Assembly (NCBI GenBank): GCA_038064195.1 | Contig: JBBTTO010000004.1 | Span: 2,357 to 66,356, forward strand | Source of the DNA: Patescibacteria group bacterium | GTDB lineage: Bacteria; Patescibacteriota; Microgenomatia; Levybacterales; UBA12049 | DNA: 64,000 nucleotides | Reading direction: 5' to 3' | Shown: in pieces, positions 29,116-37,270 of the stretch | Layout of the letters: the number at the start of each line of letters is the position of its first letter | How positions within the stretch are numbered: the first letter of the stretch is position 1 | Program-made: the position numbers and the translations under genes | The notes under the pieces: generated by a model | Told to the model about the DNA's origin: nothing | Seen by the model: the letters and a program-made list of their open reading frames with translations, nothing else | Database searches by the model: none

Positions 29116-29187
29116 GCGGGGGTAGTTCAGCGATAGAACGCTTCCTTGCCAAGGAAGAGGTCGCGGGTTTGATTCCCGTTCCCCGCT
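29116..29187 (+). tRNA. tRNA-Gly (anticodon GCC)
   Basis: acceptor GCGGGGG/TCCCCGC, anticodon loop TTGCCAA, T-loop TTTGATT. Confidence 0.85.
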
Positions 29188-29229
29188 CATAATCAGTTCT
29201 CCCACAAAATGTCTTAAGGACACAACTCT

Positions 29230-29302
29230 GCTGAGGTAGCCAAGGTGGTCAAGGCACCTGTCTGAAGAACAGGCCATGTCAGTTCGACTCTGACCCTCAG
29301 CA
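29230..29302 (+). tRNA. tRNA-Phe (anticodon GAA)
   Basis: acceptor GCTGAGG/CCTCAGC, anticodon loop CTGAAGA, T-arm GTCAG-TTCGACT-CTGAC; unusual 3-bp D-stem. Confidence 0.7.
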
Positions 29303-29329
29303 CCCGCTACCCGCTACCCGCTACCCGCT
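29302..29329. repeat. tandem heptamer (ACCCGCT) x4, same unit as at 5305
   Basis: acccgct repeated four times starting at the tRNA-Phe discriminator base. Confidence 0.85.
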
Positions 29330-29346
29330 TATGATATGATAGAGTC

Positions 29347-29607
29347 ATGAGCATACAGGATATCTTTTATTCTCTCGGGATTTTCTTCATGGTACTCGGG
29401 ATCACAATCCTGGTTATGATCATCGCCCTCCTCTGGACCATCAAACAAAAGATAACCTTTATCCATGATCTGGTTGAAAGACAAGTCATCAGACTTACCG
29501 GGAACTCAACCGATGTAGCCATGGAGCTGGGATCTAAAGTCGCCTCAGCCGCTGTTCGAAGAGTGAGAGACGCAATCACGAAGAAAAAGGAAGACTCCTC
29601 AATATAG
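29347..29607 (+). CDS. small hypothetical membrane protein
   Basis: 86 aa with one N-terminal TM and a basic C-terminus. Confidence 0.4.
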   Translation: MSIQDIFYSLGIFFMVLGITILVMIIALLWTIKQKITFIHDLVERQVIRLTGNSTDVAMELGSKVASAAVRRVRDAITKKKEDSSI

Positions 29608-29697
29608 CCTTTTTACGAAAATACTGACCCCTACTTTCCTAAATGTATCTTTTCTCTTATAATGAGCAGACAAATATTGCCTATAGAAGCTACGAAA

Positions 29698-29780
29698 TGC
29701 GGATGTGGTGAAATGGTATACACGCTGGCTTCAGGTGCCAGTGCCCGCAAGGGTGTGGAGGTTCAACTCCTCTCATCCGC
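29698..29780 (+). tRNA. tRNA-Leu (anticodon CAG)
   Basis: long variable arm; anticodon loop TTCAGGT; acceptor GCGGATG/CATCCGC. Confidence 0.85.
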
Positions 29781-29837
29781 ACATAGACCTACTGTAGATA
29801 GTTTCGTAGAGCGTAATTTGGTATAATCGGTGAACTC

Positions 29838-29923
29838 GCGGATGTGGTGAAATGGTATACACGCTACCTTGAGGTGGTAGTGCCCGCAAGGGTGTGGAGG
29901 TTCAACTCCTCTCATCCGCACCA
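29838..29923 (+). tRNA. tRNA-Leu (anticodon GAG)
   Basis: near-identical to the previous Leu apart from anticodon stem-loop TTGAGGT; encoded CCA; TGgTATAAT promoter upstream. Confidence 0.85.
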
Positions 29924-29997
29924 GGGCGATTAGCTCAGCTGGCTAGAGCGCTTCATTTACACTGAAGATGTCGGGGGTTCAAATCCCTCATCGCCCA
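29924..29997 (+). tRNA. tRNA-Val (anticodon UAC)
   Basis: GGGCGAT acceptor, anticodon loop TTTACAC, begins directly after the Leu CCA. Confidence 0.85.
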
Positions 29998-30059
29998 CAT
30001 TTCTTTCTCTCCTCTTGCTTGACAACAAAATGAGAATTTGACATGATGGATGATACTCC

Positions 30060-30638
30060 ATGAGGAAGTTACTTCTGCTCACAACTTTCTTTAGTCTTAC
30101 TCCTGTGATCTTAGTTATCGCACTTGTCGGGCTACTGACACTTTTCCACCATAGTAAGACCTACTTAGCCCTTAAAAGCCCCTATCAGCATACAGTCGCT
30201 TTCGCAGCACTCCCTTCAGCCCAAAATAGTTTCAGCGATACCATCAAAAGTGCTGACGCACGCAGTGAAATCCTCACTCAATTCTTTGCCAAATACAATT
30301 CACCGCTTAAGCCTTATGCCTCTGAATTCGTCAAGAAAGCAGAGGAGTATGAGCTTGACTTCAGACTCCTGCCGGCTATAGCCATGCAAGAAACCAATCT
30401 TTGTCTTAAATCTCATGAGGACTCATATAATTGTTGGGGGTTTGGTGTGCATGGGGGAAAGTATCTCTACTTTGACAGTTATCCTCAGGCTATTGATACT
30501 ATCTCAAAGGCTCTAGCGCAGCGCTACCGTGACCGGCACGGCCTGGTAACACCCGCGGAAATCCAAAAGCTTTACAATCCGACTAATACCAATGCCTGGG
30601 CCTCAAGTGTGGATCACTTCATGAATTCACTGCAATAA
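30060..30638 (+). CDS. secreted glucosaminidase-like (GH73/FlgJ-type) peptidoglycan hydrolase
   Basis: N-terminal TM; LPAIAMQETNL region with catalytic-Glu context, YNCWGFG. Confidence 0.55.
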   Translation: MRKLLLLTTFFSLTPVILVIALVGLLTLFHHSKTYLALKSPYQHTVAFAALPSAQNSFSDTIKSADARSEILTQFFAKYNSPLKPYASEFVKKAEEYELDFRLLPAIAMQETNLCLKSHEDSYNCWGFGVHGGKYLYFDSYPQAIDTISKALAQRYRDRHGLVTPAEIQKLYNPTNTNAWASSVDHFMNSLQ

Positions 30639-30732
30639 TACTTTTTAGCACATAATTTGTGTTCAATCCTCGTTAAATTATTTAGCCTCATATCGAGGCT
30701 AAATAACTTTCTTACAATTTAGTGATAAATAC

Positions 30733-30761
30733 TTGACAAACCTATAGTCATTTGCTATAAT
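30733..30761 (+). promoter_or_regulatory. consensus sigma70-type promoter (TTGACA-17-TGcTATAAT)
   Basis: perfect -35 TTGACA, 17-bp spacer, TATAAT with extended TG. Confidence 0.6.
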
Positions 30762-30816
30762 CCTCGCAGGTCCTGAGGTCAGATATCCAACATCCGACGT
30801 CGGGATCCTTAAGAAT

Positions 30817-30847
30817 CCTAATACAGCAATGTATTAGGTTTTTTTTT
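30817..30847 (+). terminator. intrinsic terminator ending an ~80-nt leader
   Basis: CCTAATAC-AGCAAT-GTATTAGG followed by T9. Confidence 0.65.
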
Positions 30848-30947
30848 GGAATAACAATCTATTCTTTATAGGTCGTCATTCGACTCAATTCACATGAGAA
30901 AAAAGGCTCAGCCAGTTCTTATGCGAATTAAGACGAAGGGAAAACTT

Positions 30948-31511
30948 ATGAAAAATAAAACTATACTTATTCCAATCATCGCAGGACTTCTCCTGACGAT
31001 TTTATCTCCCCAAAAAGCACAAGCTGACGACAAAATTGCTGCTTCTTCTGCTGCTTTTATTCAAACGGCTACCTTATCAGAGAGAACCGATAACCGTGCC
31101 CAGATCCTTAAAGATTACCTGAATCAATATAATTCTCCTTTGTCAGGATCCGCTCAAACCTTTATTAATGAGGCTGATAGATACAATCTGGACTGGAAAT
31201 TCGTTGCCGCTATTTCAGGACTTGAATCAAGCTATGGAAAGCACATCCCTCCTAACTCATATAACGGATGGGGATGGGGGATCTATGGTGACAATGTCAA
31301 ATACTTCACGTCCTGGAATGAGGCTATCGCGACTATCTCAAAAGGCCTTCGTGAACAATATATGGATAAATGGGGAGCTCAAGACGTCTACAGTATCGGT
31401 CATATCTATGCCGCCAGCCCTACTTGGGCAGAACGTGTAAGCGGTATCATGGCTAATATGGAAAAATTCCAGCTCAACTGGACTGATACCTCTCTTTCCC
31501 TTTCACTATAA
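30948..31511 (+). CDS. secreted glucosaminidase-like peptidoglycan hydrolase (paralog of 30060..30638)
   Basis: signal-peptide start MKNKTILIPIIAG with AAGGGAAAA RBS (ORF track starts at 30894); AAISGLESSYGK, YNGWGWG. Confidence 0.55.
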   Translation: MKNKTILIPIIAGLLLTILSPQKAQADDKIAASSAAFIQTATLSERTDNRAQILKDYLNQYNSPLSGSAQTFINEADRYNLDWKFVAAISGLESSYGKHIPPNSYNGWGWGIYGDNVKYFTSWNEAIATISKGLREQYMDKWGAQDVYSIGHIYAASPTWAERVSGIMANMEKFQLNWTDTSLSLSL

Positions 31512-31613
31512 TTACCTTATAATAGCTTCCACACCTCTTAACCCTCTCGGTAGGAGAGGGGGGACTACCTTTTGGTAGTGGATGAGGTATTACATTCGTA
31601 AACGTTTTGACGA

Positions 31614-31696
31614 GCCCAGGTGGTGAAATGGTAGACACGATAGGTTTAGGACCTATTGCTCGTAAGAGTATGGGGGTTCAAGTCCTCTCCTGGGCA
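31614..31696 (+). tRNA. tRNA-Leu (anticodon UAG)
   Basis: acceptor GCCCAGG/CCTGGGC, anticodon loop TTTAGGA, long variable arm. Confidence 0.85.
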
Positions 31697-31700
31697 CAAT

Positions 31701-31825
31701 TCATTGGTGGTGAAATGGAGCGGAGGCAGCAGGCCGAGCTCGCCTGCTTGACAGGCGCGGAATGACACGCTGGCTTTAGGAGCCAGTGCCTAAAAAGCAT
31801 GGGGGTTCGAGTCCCTTCATCCGCA
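31701..31825 (+). pseudogene. aberrant tRNA-Leu(UAG)-like element with a ~45-nt GC-rich hairpin insertion and no proper 5' acceptor strand
   Basis: 3' two-thirds (anticodon arm CTGGC-TTTAGGA-GCCAG, variable arm, T-arm, CATCCGC-A) is tRNA-Leu-like; D-loop interrupted by GCAGGC-CGAGCTC-GCCTGC hairpin; 5' TCATTGG cannot pair. Confidence 0.5.
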
Positions 31826-31897
31826 CTAGATAGGACGTTCTCTTCAAATGAATGAATAGCTTGATAGGTAGAGCCAATGTGGCATGTTGTAGAGGAT

Positions 31898-32398
31898 TTA
31901 TGTTGTAGATAGATTGCTCACGGATGATCTCCCCAGACGCTTTAGAGTCCTTTTTTGCGTATCATTAAATTGGTCTACAATAGTTCTGTTTAATGCTCCG
32001 TTAATATACCCATCAGAATTTCCGCCCAATTTTCGTCTTCTATTAGGCGTTGTATTTGCTGATCCATCAAGTTCTGCCTTAATATTTCTCCAAGCGTCAT
32101 CTTCATAATCTGATCCTGGCAGAAGATCCGGCGTATATAGAGTGACTGTAGTTATAGCTTGAGGCGATACTTTTCTATTCACGGATTCTGAGGGAGCATC
32201 ATGACCATTATTACCCAAGGTCGGGAGGATTACCCGGAGTTCCTTAATAATTTCATTCGCTCTGTTAATAGCTTGCTCACGATTCATCCAATGATTGTAT
32301 CCTATAATATTCAACCTGTCAAGAAGAAACATAGGAGTTACAAATAGAGAGAAAAAGAAAAAAATAAAATAACACTCTAAATCTTGACATATTAGCAT
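31898..32398 (-). CDS. hypothetical secreted/membrane-anchored protein
   Basis: 166 aa with an N-terminal hydrophobic segment. Confidence 0.4.
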   Translation of the reverse strand: MLICQDLECYFIFFFFSLFVTPMFLLDRLNIIGYNHWMNREQAINRANEIIKELRVILPTLGNNGHDAPSESVNRKVSPQAITTVTLYTPDLLPGSDYEDDAWRNIKAELDGSANTTPNRRRKLGGNSDGYINGALNRTIVDQFNDTQKRTLKRLGRSSVSNLSTT

Positions 32399-32435
32399 TT
32401 TATAGATATACTTTAGATATTAAATAGGTATATTT

Positions 32436-32696
32436 ATGAGTACACAACAAGTACAACTAAAGGTTAGTCTCTCCGATCAGCTTAACGACTTGCTACAGTC
32501 TAAGGCACAACGTCTTGGTATTCCTGTGACTCAATTTGTCAAACATCTTATTATCAAAGAAGTAGAGACTGAAGAATATCCTACTTTTCCCATGTCAAAG
32601 AGGACAGAGACGAAGGCAAGAGAAGCTTTACAAGAGTATGAGTTAGGCAAAGCAGTTGACACATCAGACTTCTTCAAAAAACTGAATGAGAGCTAA
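32436..32696 (+). CDS. RelB/DinJ-family antitoxin
   Basis: N-terminal RHH-like KVSLSDQLNDLLQSKAQRLGIPVTQFVKHLI; C-terminal DTSDFFKKL like DinJ. Confidence 0.6.
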   Translation: MSTQQVQLKVSLSDQLNDLLQSKAQRLGIPVTQFVKHLIIKEVETEEYPTFPMSKRTETKAREALQEYELGKAVDTSDFFKKLNES

Positions 32697-32958
32697 ACTT
32701 TCTCCTTTTATCCAGAAAGAAATTGCCCGGATCTATAAAAAGGACAAGAAATTAGCCACTAAAATAGAAAAACAGATACTTCTTCTTGAAACAAACCCAA
32801 AGCATCCTTCTCTCAGGCTACATAAACTTTCAGGTAGATTAAATAACTTATGGAGTATTTCTATCACAACGTCAATTTGAATGATATATCGTCTTATTGA
32901 TCAAGAAAATGCCTATTTTATTGACATAGGCACACATGACGAGGTCTATAATAAGTAG
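32686..32958 (+). pseudogene. RelE/YafQ-family toxin interrupted by an in-frame TGA
   Basis: ...HPSLRLHKLSGRLNNLWSISITTSI-TGA-MIYRLIDQENAYFIDIGTHDEVYNK is contiguous in one frame; 11-nt overlap with the antitoxin. Confidence 0.55.
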
Positions 32959-33049
32959 TTCTTTCTTCATTCCTCAAGGCTTGATATAGCTCCATCCTTC
33001 CGCACATTTTCTTCTCGACTCCTCGATCTAAGCGTGCTATAATAGCCTC

Positions 33050-33877
33050 ATGGCAACTACCATTAACAGACTCCCAGACGGCACTATTGAACTGAAAGTC
33101 ACTATCCCCGCAACCCTTATCAAAAAAACTCGCGAAGAGGTCATGGCTCAGGTGGCCAGTACCGCCAAAGTCGCCGGCTTCAGACCAGGTAAAGCTCCCA
33201 AAAAAGTCGTTGAAGAGACGGCTGATAAAGCAAAGGTACGAGAGGAAGTCCTCAGAGTACTTATCCCCCAGACCTACATCGAAGCAGTCCAGGAGCATAG
33301 CCTCAAACCCATAGTCAATCCTAAAATTCACGTCGATGAGCTTGAAGATGATAAAGACTGGTCTTTTAGCGCAACCACCTGTGAGATGCCTAAAGTAGAC
33401 TTAGGTAACTACAAAGATGCCGTAAAAGGTGTCACAGCCAAAAGTAAAATAGTCGTACCAGGCAAAGAACAGACCAAGCCTGACCTGGATACGATTGTCA
33501 AAGAATTAGTCGGTGCAGTCACTGTCACCATTCCGTCAATCCTTACAGACTATGAGGCAGATCGTCTTTTATCCCAGACTTTAGACGAAATCAAGAAATT
33601 AGGTCTCTCACTTGATCAATATCTGTCATCAACAGGCAAAACTCCCGAACAATTACGTGAAGAATATGTCGCTAAAGCGACCATGGATATGAAGCTCGAG
33701 TTTGCTCTGCAGCAAATTGCAGATAGCGAAAAAATAATTGTTGATCAAAAAGAAATCGAGGAAGCTGTCAGTCGCGCCAAAGATCCCGCTGAGAAAACCC
33801 ATTTAGAATCCAATAAATATCTCCTGGCTAATATTATAAGACAACAAAAAACGCTTGATTTCCTGCAAAATCTGTGA
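33050..33877 (+). CDS. tig: trigger factor, short form
   Basis: N-terminal ribosome-binding domain with the GFRPGKAPKKVVE signature; only 275 aa (no PPIase-sized middle domain). Confidence 0.7.
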   Translation: MATTINRLPDGTIELKVTIPATLIKKTREEVMAQVASTAKVAGFRPGKAPKKVVEETADKAKVREEVLRVLIPQTYIEAVQEHSLKPIVNPKIHVDELEDDKDWSFSATTCEMPKVDLGNYKDAVKGVTAKSKIVVPGKEQTKPDLDTIVKELVGAVTVTIPSILTDYEADRLLSQTLDEIKKLGLSLDQYLSSTGKTPEQLREEYVAKATMDMKLEFALQQIADSEKIIVDQKEIEEAVSRAKDPAEKTHLESNKYLLANIIRQQKTLDFLQNL

Positions 33878-33892
33878 TAGAGTCACGCCAAG

Positions 33893-34570
33893 ATGGCTAA
33901 TTCTAAGCTCACTACACAGCAACGCACGCGGATTGCGTCCTCTAATACCGTTGAAACGGGTAAGTCCTCAGTTGGTAATTTCACACGGGAGTTCGGTGAT
34001 GCCGTCAAACAGAGCGTAGCACCCATCCCCGATACATTTCTCAATCAGTTACTGGGGATGGATTCTCCCGACACCCGGTCTCATCAATCGGGCCAACCTA
34101 TTGACATGAAAGCGGGGGAGGAGTTCACCCTCCCTAAGGCGCAGAAAAAAGAACTGCACCAGATCGAACACCGACCGCATATTGAGGCAGGCATCAGTTA
34201 TCACAGGGATATCGTCCACAACCGTGAGCGCATGAGCGGGCAGGAGTCACAGGAAACCAAATATCAAATCCAGCAGATCATGGAGGAATTACAGCGCCTG
34301 GTCTCAAGCTCAGACAAGATCATCCAGATGACCTTTGGTGACATCAGTGTCGCCTCGGCTCCGACTGTGGTCGGGAAATATCACACCAATTTTTTCTCCT
34401 GGATGTTAACAGTTATCCGTACTGCCAGACAAAAAGTGGAGGAGTCAGGGGCATGGCTTTCTGTTGCTAAAAGCAAAGGAAGCAGGAAAGGCTATCAAAA
34501 TATGTCCAAGAAGCATGGCACATCATTTAGCATGTCCAACGAACGAACTACAGCTACGCAGTCAGGATAA
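33893..34570 (+). CDS. hypothetical protein
   Basis: 225-aa ORF with no recognisable motifs. Confidence 0.45.
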   Translation: MANSKLTTQQRTRIASSNTVETGKSSVGNFTREFGDAVKQSVAPIPDTFLNQLLGMDSPDTRSHQSGQPIDMKAGEEFTLPKAQKKELHQIEHRPHIEAGISYHRDIVHNRERMSGQESQETKYQIQQIMEELQRLVSSSDKIIQMTFGDISVASAPTVVGKYHTNFFSWMLTVIRTARQKVEESGAWLSVAKSKGSRKGYQNMSKKHGTSFSMSNERTTATQSG

Positions 34571-34712
34571 TCTTGACAGAAAATAAAAGGGTCGTTACAA
34601 TCTAAATACATGTACAGTCGAAATCTTATTCTTAATGTCGTTATTGTCCTCCTTAGCGAGGGCGGTAACGGTGTGGTAAGAAAGTAAGACTTACAATTTA
34701 AAGACACCCGAA

Positions 34713-34742
34713 ACCGCCTCCTCACAAGGGAGGTTTTTTTTG
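34713..34742 (+). terminator. intrinsic terminator
   Basis: CCTCC-TCACAA-GGGAGG followed by T8. Confidence 0.65.
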
Positions 34743-34752
34743 TGAAAAAAAT

Positions 34753-35553
34753 ATGAAAGAATTTATACAACAAAAATTTTGGGTACACACACGCGGAATT
34801 GAGATGCTTCTACCACCATCATTCCCTCACGCAGAAAATGAAAGTGAACGTTTAAGACAGATCACAAACGACGGCACACTCAGAAGACGCTATCCCGACC
34901 CTGATGAAGGAAGGGATTTTATGGACGAAATTGACTTTGATCGTAGGAATAAACTTCTAGGTATGGCTCAAGAAGCTAACCATAAAATAATTGAGGAATG
35001 GAAAGGAATTAACCCTGACAAGAATATAGCAGTTATCCTCTTCGGCTCTGTAGCAAAAGGACTTGTAAAAAAATCCGATCATAAAGACCCAAGCAATATT
35101 GATATGGCGGTGATAGGAGATATAACAGATAACGAATCTGAGAGATTATTCGATGCGATTAGACCCTATAGAACAGCTATTCAAGAGAAAATTCTGAGTG
35201 ATTGTGATAAGGTCGAGAGTGATGATACAAATCCTGGCAATTTAGGAATACTTATACAGCATACCGATAAATTGACAAACGGACACTATTCAGGTGCTGC
35301 TGCGCATATCATGGCCGGAGCTTTTTCACTTTATGACCCACAGGATATCTGGACGGAAATCGAACAGTATGCATTGGAAAAGATGGCGGAAGAACAAAAG
35401 CACAAACGTCAACACAGACAAACTTCTGTAATCCCGGAATGGAAAAGCTTTGAACGAAGAATTAGATATGCGGAGAAACGAGGAGTGGAGAAGCCAATTC
35501 TTGAGCCGCAAGGAGTTATTTTTGAACAACTACCCTTGACTGATTTGCAGTAA
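34753..35553 (+). CDS. nucleotidyltransferase (Pol-beta superfamily) domain protein
   Basis: ILFGSVAKG...SNIDMAVIGD (GS...DxD-type NTase motif). Confidence 0.5.
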   Translation: MKEFIQQKFWVHTRGIEMLLPPSFPHAENESERLRQITNDGTLRRRYPDPDEGRDFMDEIDFDRRNKLLGMAQEANHKIIEEWKGINPDKNIAVILFGSVAKGLVKKSDHKDPSNIDMAVIGDITDNESERLFDAIRPYRTAIQEKILSDCDKVESDDTNPGNLGILIQHTDKLTNGHYSGAAAHIMAGAFSLYDPQDIWTEIEQYALEKMAEEQKHKRQHRQTSVIPEWKSFERRIRYAEKRGVEKPILEPQGVIFEQLPLTDLQ

Positions 35554-36012
35554 TTCCCTTAATCTGGCTGCCTGAATATCCAAATCTTCACGATCAACTG
35601 TAGCCAACCTTTGAAAACGAACACGATTGTCCTGATTAAATCGTGGCATAACATGAGTATGGACATGAGGTATTTCCTGTCCGGCCGCTGTTCCAAGATT
35701 GGTCACTAAATTAACACTATCGGTAGCAAAAGCTTCATATACCAATGGTACAAGACTCAAAGCTACTTTGTTCACTTCAGCTAAGAGATCGGTGTTATGA
35801 GCTAAACTATCGGGTGTGCTATCTACATGCTCAATAGGACAGACTAACGGATAGCCTTGTAAATCCATAAATGATATAACGCCCTTTTCATCATCTCTTA
35901 GTATAACGCTGGCTTCAGCCTGACCTCTTATAATTTTACAAAAAACACACTCCTTAGGGGAATTCTCATGATCAAATCCCATAGATGTAACTCGATCTCT
36001 TTCTGTAGTCAT
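35530..36012 (-). CDS. HIT-family (histidine triad) hydrolase
   Basis: HVHTHVMPR histidine-triad motif and CVFCKII N-terminus. Confidence 0.8.
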   Translation of the reverse strand: MTTERDRVTSMGFDHENSPKECVFCKIIRGQAEASVILRDDEKGVISFMDLQGYPLVCPIEHVDSTPDSLAHNTDLLAEVNKVALSLVPLVYEAFATDSVNLVTNLGTAAGQEIPHVHTHVMPRFNQDNRVRFQRLATVDREDLDIQAARLRELLQISQG

Positions 36013-36094
36013 AGTAAGATATTATATCACACCCTATAATATTTATTGCTGGGTTGTGTGTGATTCAAGAATTTGCTAAAATGAACGAGGATTT

Positions 36095-36168
36095 GGGCTC
36101 GTAGCTCAGTTGGTTAGAGCGCGTCATTGACATTGACGAGGTCAGAGATTCGAGTTCTCTCGGGCCCA
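36095..36168 (+). tRNA. tRNA-Val (anticodon GAC)
   Basis: GGGCTCG acceptor, anticodon loop TTGACAT, T-arm AGAGA-TTCGAGT-TCTCT; TGcTAAAAT promoter upstream. Confidence 0.85.
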
Positions 36169-36197
36169 CCCAAAGTACGCTGTGCTATCATAGTTTT

Positions 36198-36818
36198 ATG
36201 GATAAGCCGCAAGTCTCCCAAACCCCGTATGTTTTTAACCGCGATGAGGCCTACAAAATCCTCATTAAATACCTCAAAAATCCCAATCTGATCAAACACT
36301 GCCTCGCAGCTGAGGTAGTCATGCGCGCACTCTATCGCAGGTTTTATAAGAACTCACCGGAATACTCTCAAGCAGGGGAGGATACCTGGGGCATAACAGG
36401 ACTCCTGCATGACGCAGATTACGATCTCTGTAAAGGCAATCCTGAAATCCACGGTGTCCTCTTGATAGACAAGGAAGGGGATAAGATCCCGTCAGATATC
36501 GCCTATGCCATCAAAGCTCATAATTATGAACGGACTCTTGTGCTCCCGAAATCACTCCTTGATTGGTCTATCGCATGCTGTGACCAACTGACAGGCCTTA
36601 TCGTCGCGGCAACTCTGATAAGCCCTGATAAAAAAATCTCTCTTATAACAGTCGACTTTCTCATGAATCGCTATAAAGAAAAGTCCTTTGCCCGTGGAGC
36701 GGATAGAAAATCGATAGAAAAATGTGAAGAAAAACTCAATATCCCTCTGACTGAATTTCTAGCCCTGACACTGACTGCTATGCAAAGTATTGGTAAAGAG
36801 TTAGACTTAGAGAAATGA
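36198..36818 (+). CDS. HD-domain phosphohydrolase
   Basis: H...GLLHDADYD motif. Confidence 0.6.
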   Translation: MDKPQVSQTPYVFNRDEAYKILIKYLKNPNLIKHCLAAEVVMRALYRRFYKNSPEYSQAGEDTWGITGLLHDADYDLCKGNPEIHGVLLIDKEGDKIPSDIAYAIKAHNYERTLVLPKSLLDWSIACCDQLTGLIVAATLISPDKKISLITVDFLMNRYKEKSFARGADRKSIEKCEEKLNIPLTEFLALTLTAMQSIGKELDLEK

Positions 36819-37057
36819 CAGAAAATACTCAGCCATTTGAAAAGGGCACTCATCGCTACACAAAGCGCCAGATTATTACCAATAATTTCCTGGGAGGGAT
36901 TTTTTGGGCAGTTGGTGTAACCATCGGCTTTTCACTCCTTGTCGCACTTCTGACTCTTTTTTCCAAATATATCAATCTTGTACCGATTATCGGAGTTTTT
37001 GTCTCCGATATCCTGGACTTTGTCCTGTCCTATAATCAGCATTTCCCCAAACCTTGA
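36815..37057 (+). CDS. small membrane protein coupled to the HD gene
   Basis: 80 aa with two TM segments; ATGA overlap with the upstream stop. Confidence 0.45.
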   Translation: MTENTQPFEKGTHRYTKRQIITNNFLGGIFWAVGVTIGFSLLVALLTLFSKYINLVPIIGVFVSDILDFVLSYNQHFPKP

Positions 37058-37185
37058 CGCTACGAGAGCGGACGCTAGCTGCTTTATTGACACTGCATCA
37101 AGAGTTTGTTAGAGTGGATGTATGAAAAGATATTACGTCATGTCTATTAAGACCACCACTTCCTAACGGAGGTTGTAGTTTTTGT

Positions 37186-37222
37186 GGACAAAAACCAACC
37201 TCCTGAAAGGGAGGTTTTTTTG
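37186..37222 (+). terminator. intrinsic terminator with an alternative upstream hairpin sharing CCTCC
   Basis: GGAGGTTG...CAACCTCC stem competes with CCTCC-TGAAA-GGGAGG-T7. Confidence 0.55.
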
Positions 37223-37270
37223 TATACCTTGACTATTTTTAAATCTAGAAGTATACAATCCGCCAAAGAC

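Noticed and set aside
29080-29277. 65-aa minus-strand ORF
   Set aside because: Overlaps tRNA-Gly and tRNA-Phe on the opposite strand.
32878-32880. UGA recoding (genetic code 4 or 25) as an explanation for the in-frame TGA in the toxin
   Set aside because: TGA terminates other well-aligned genes in the window (e.g. archease), and the interrupted position does not align with Trp or Gly in YafQ. A nonsense mutation or sequencing error is more parsimonious.
32918-33331. 137-aa minus-strand ORF
   Set aside because: Antisense to the 5' end of the trigger-factor gene, which has a clear homology signal.
36114-36299. 61-aa minus-strand ORF
   Set aside because: Overlaps tRNA-Val(GAC) and the start of the HD-domain gene.
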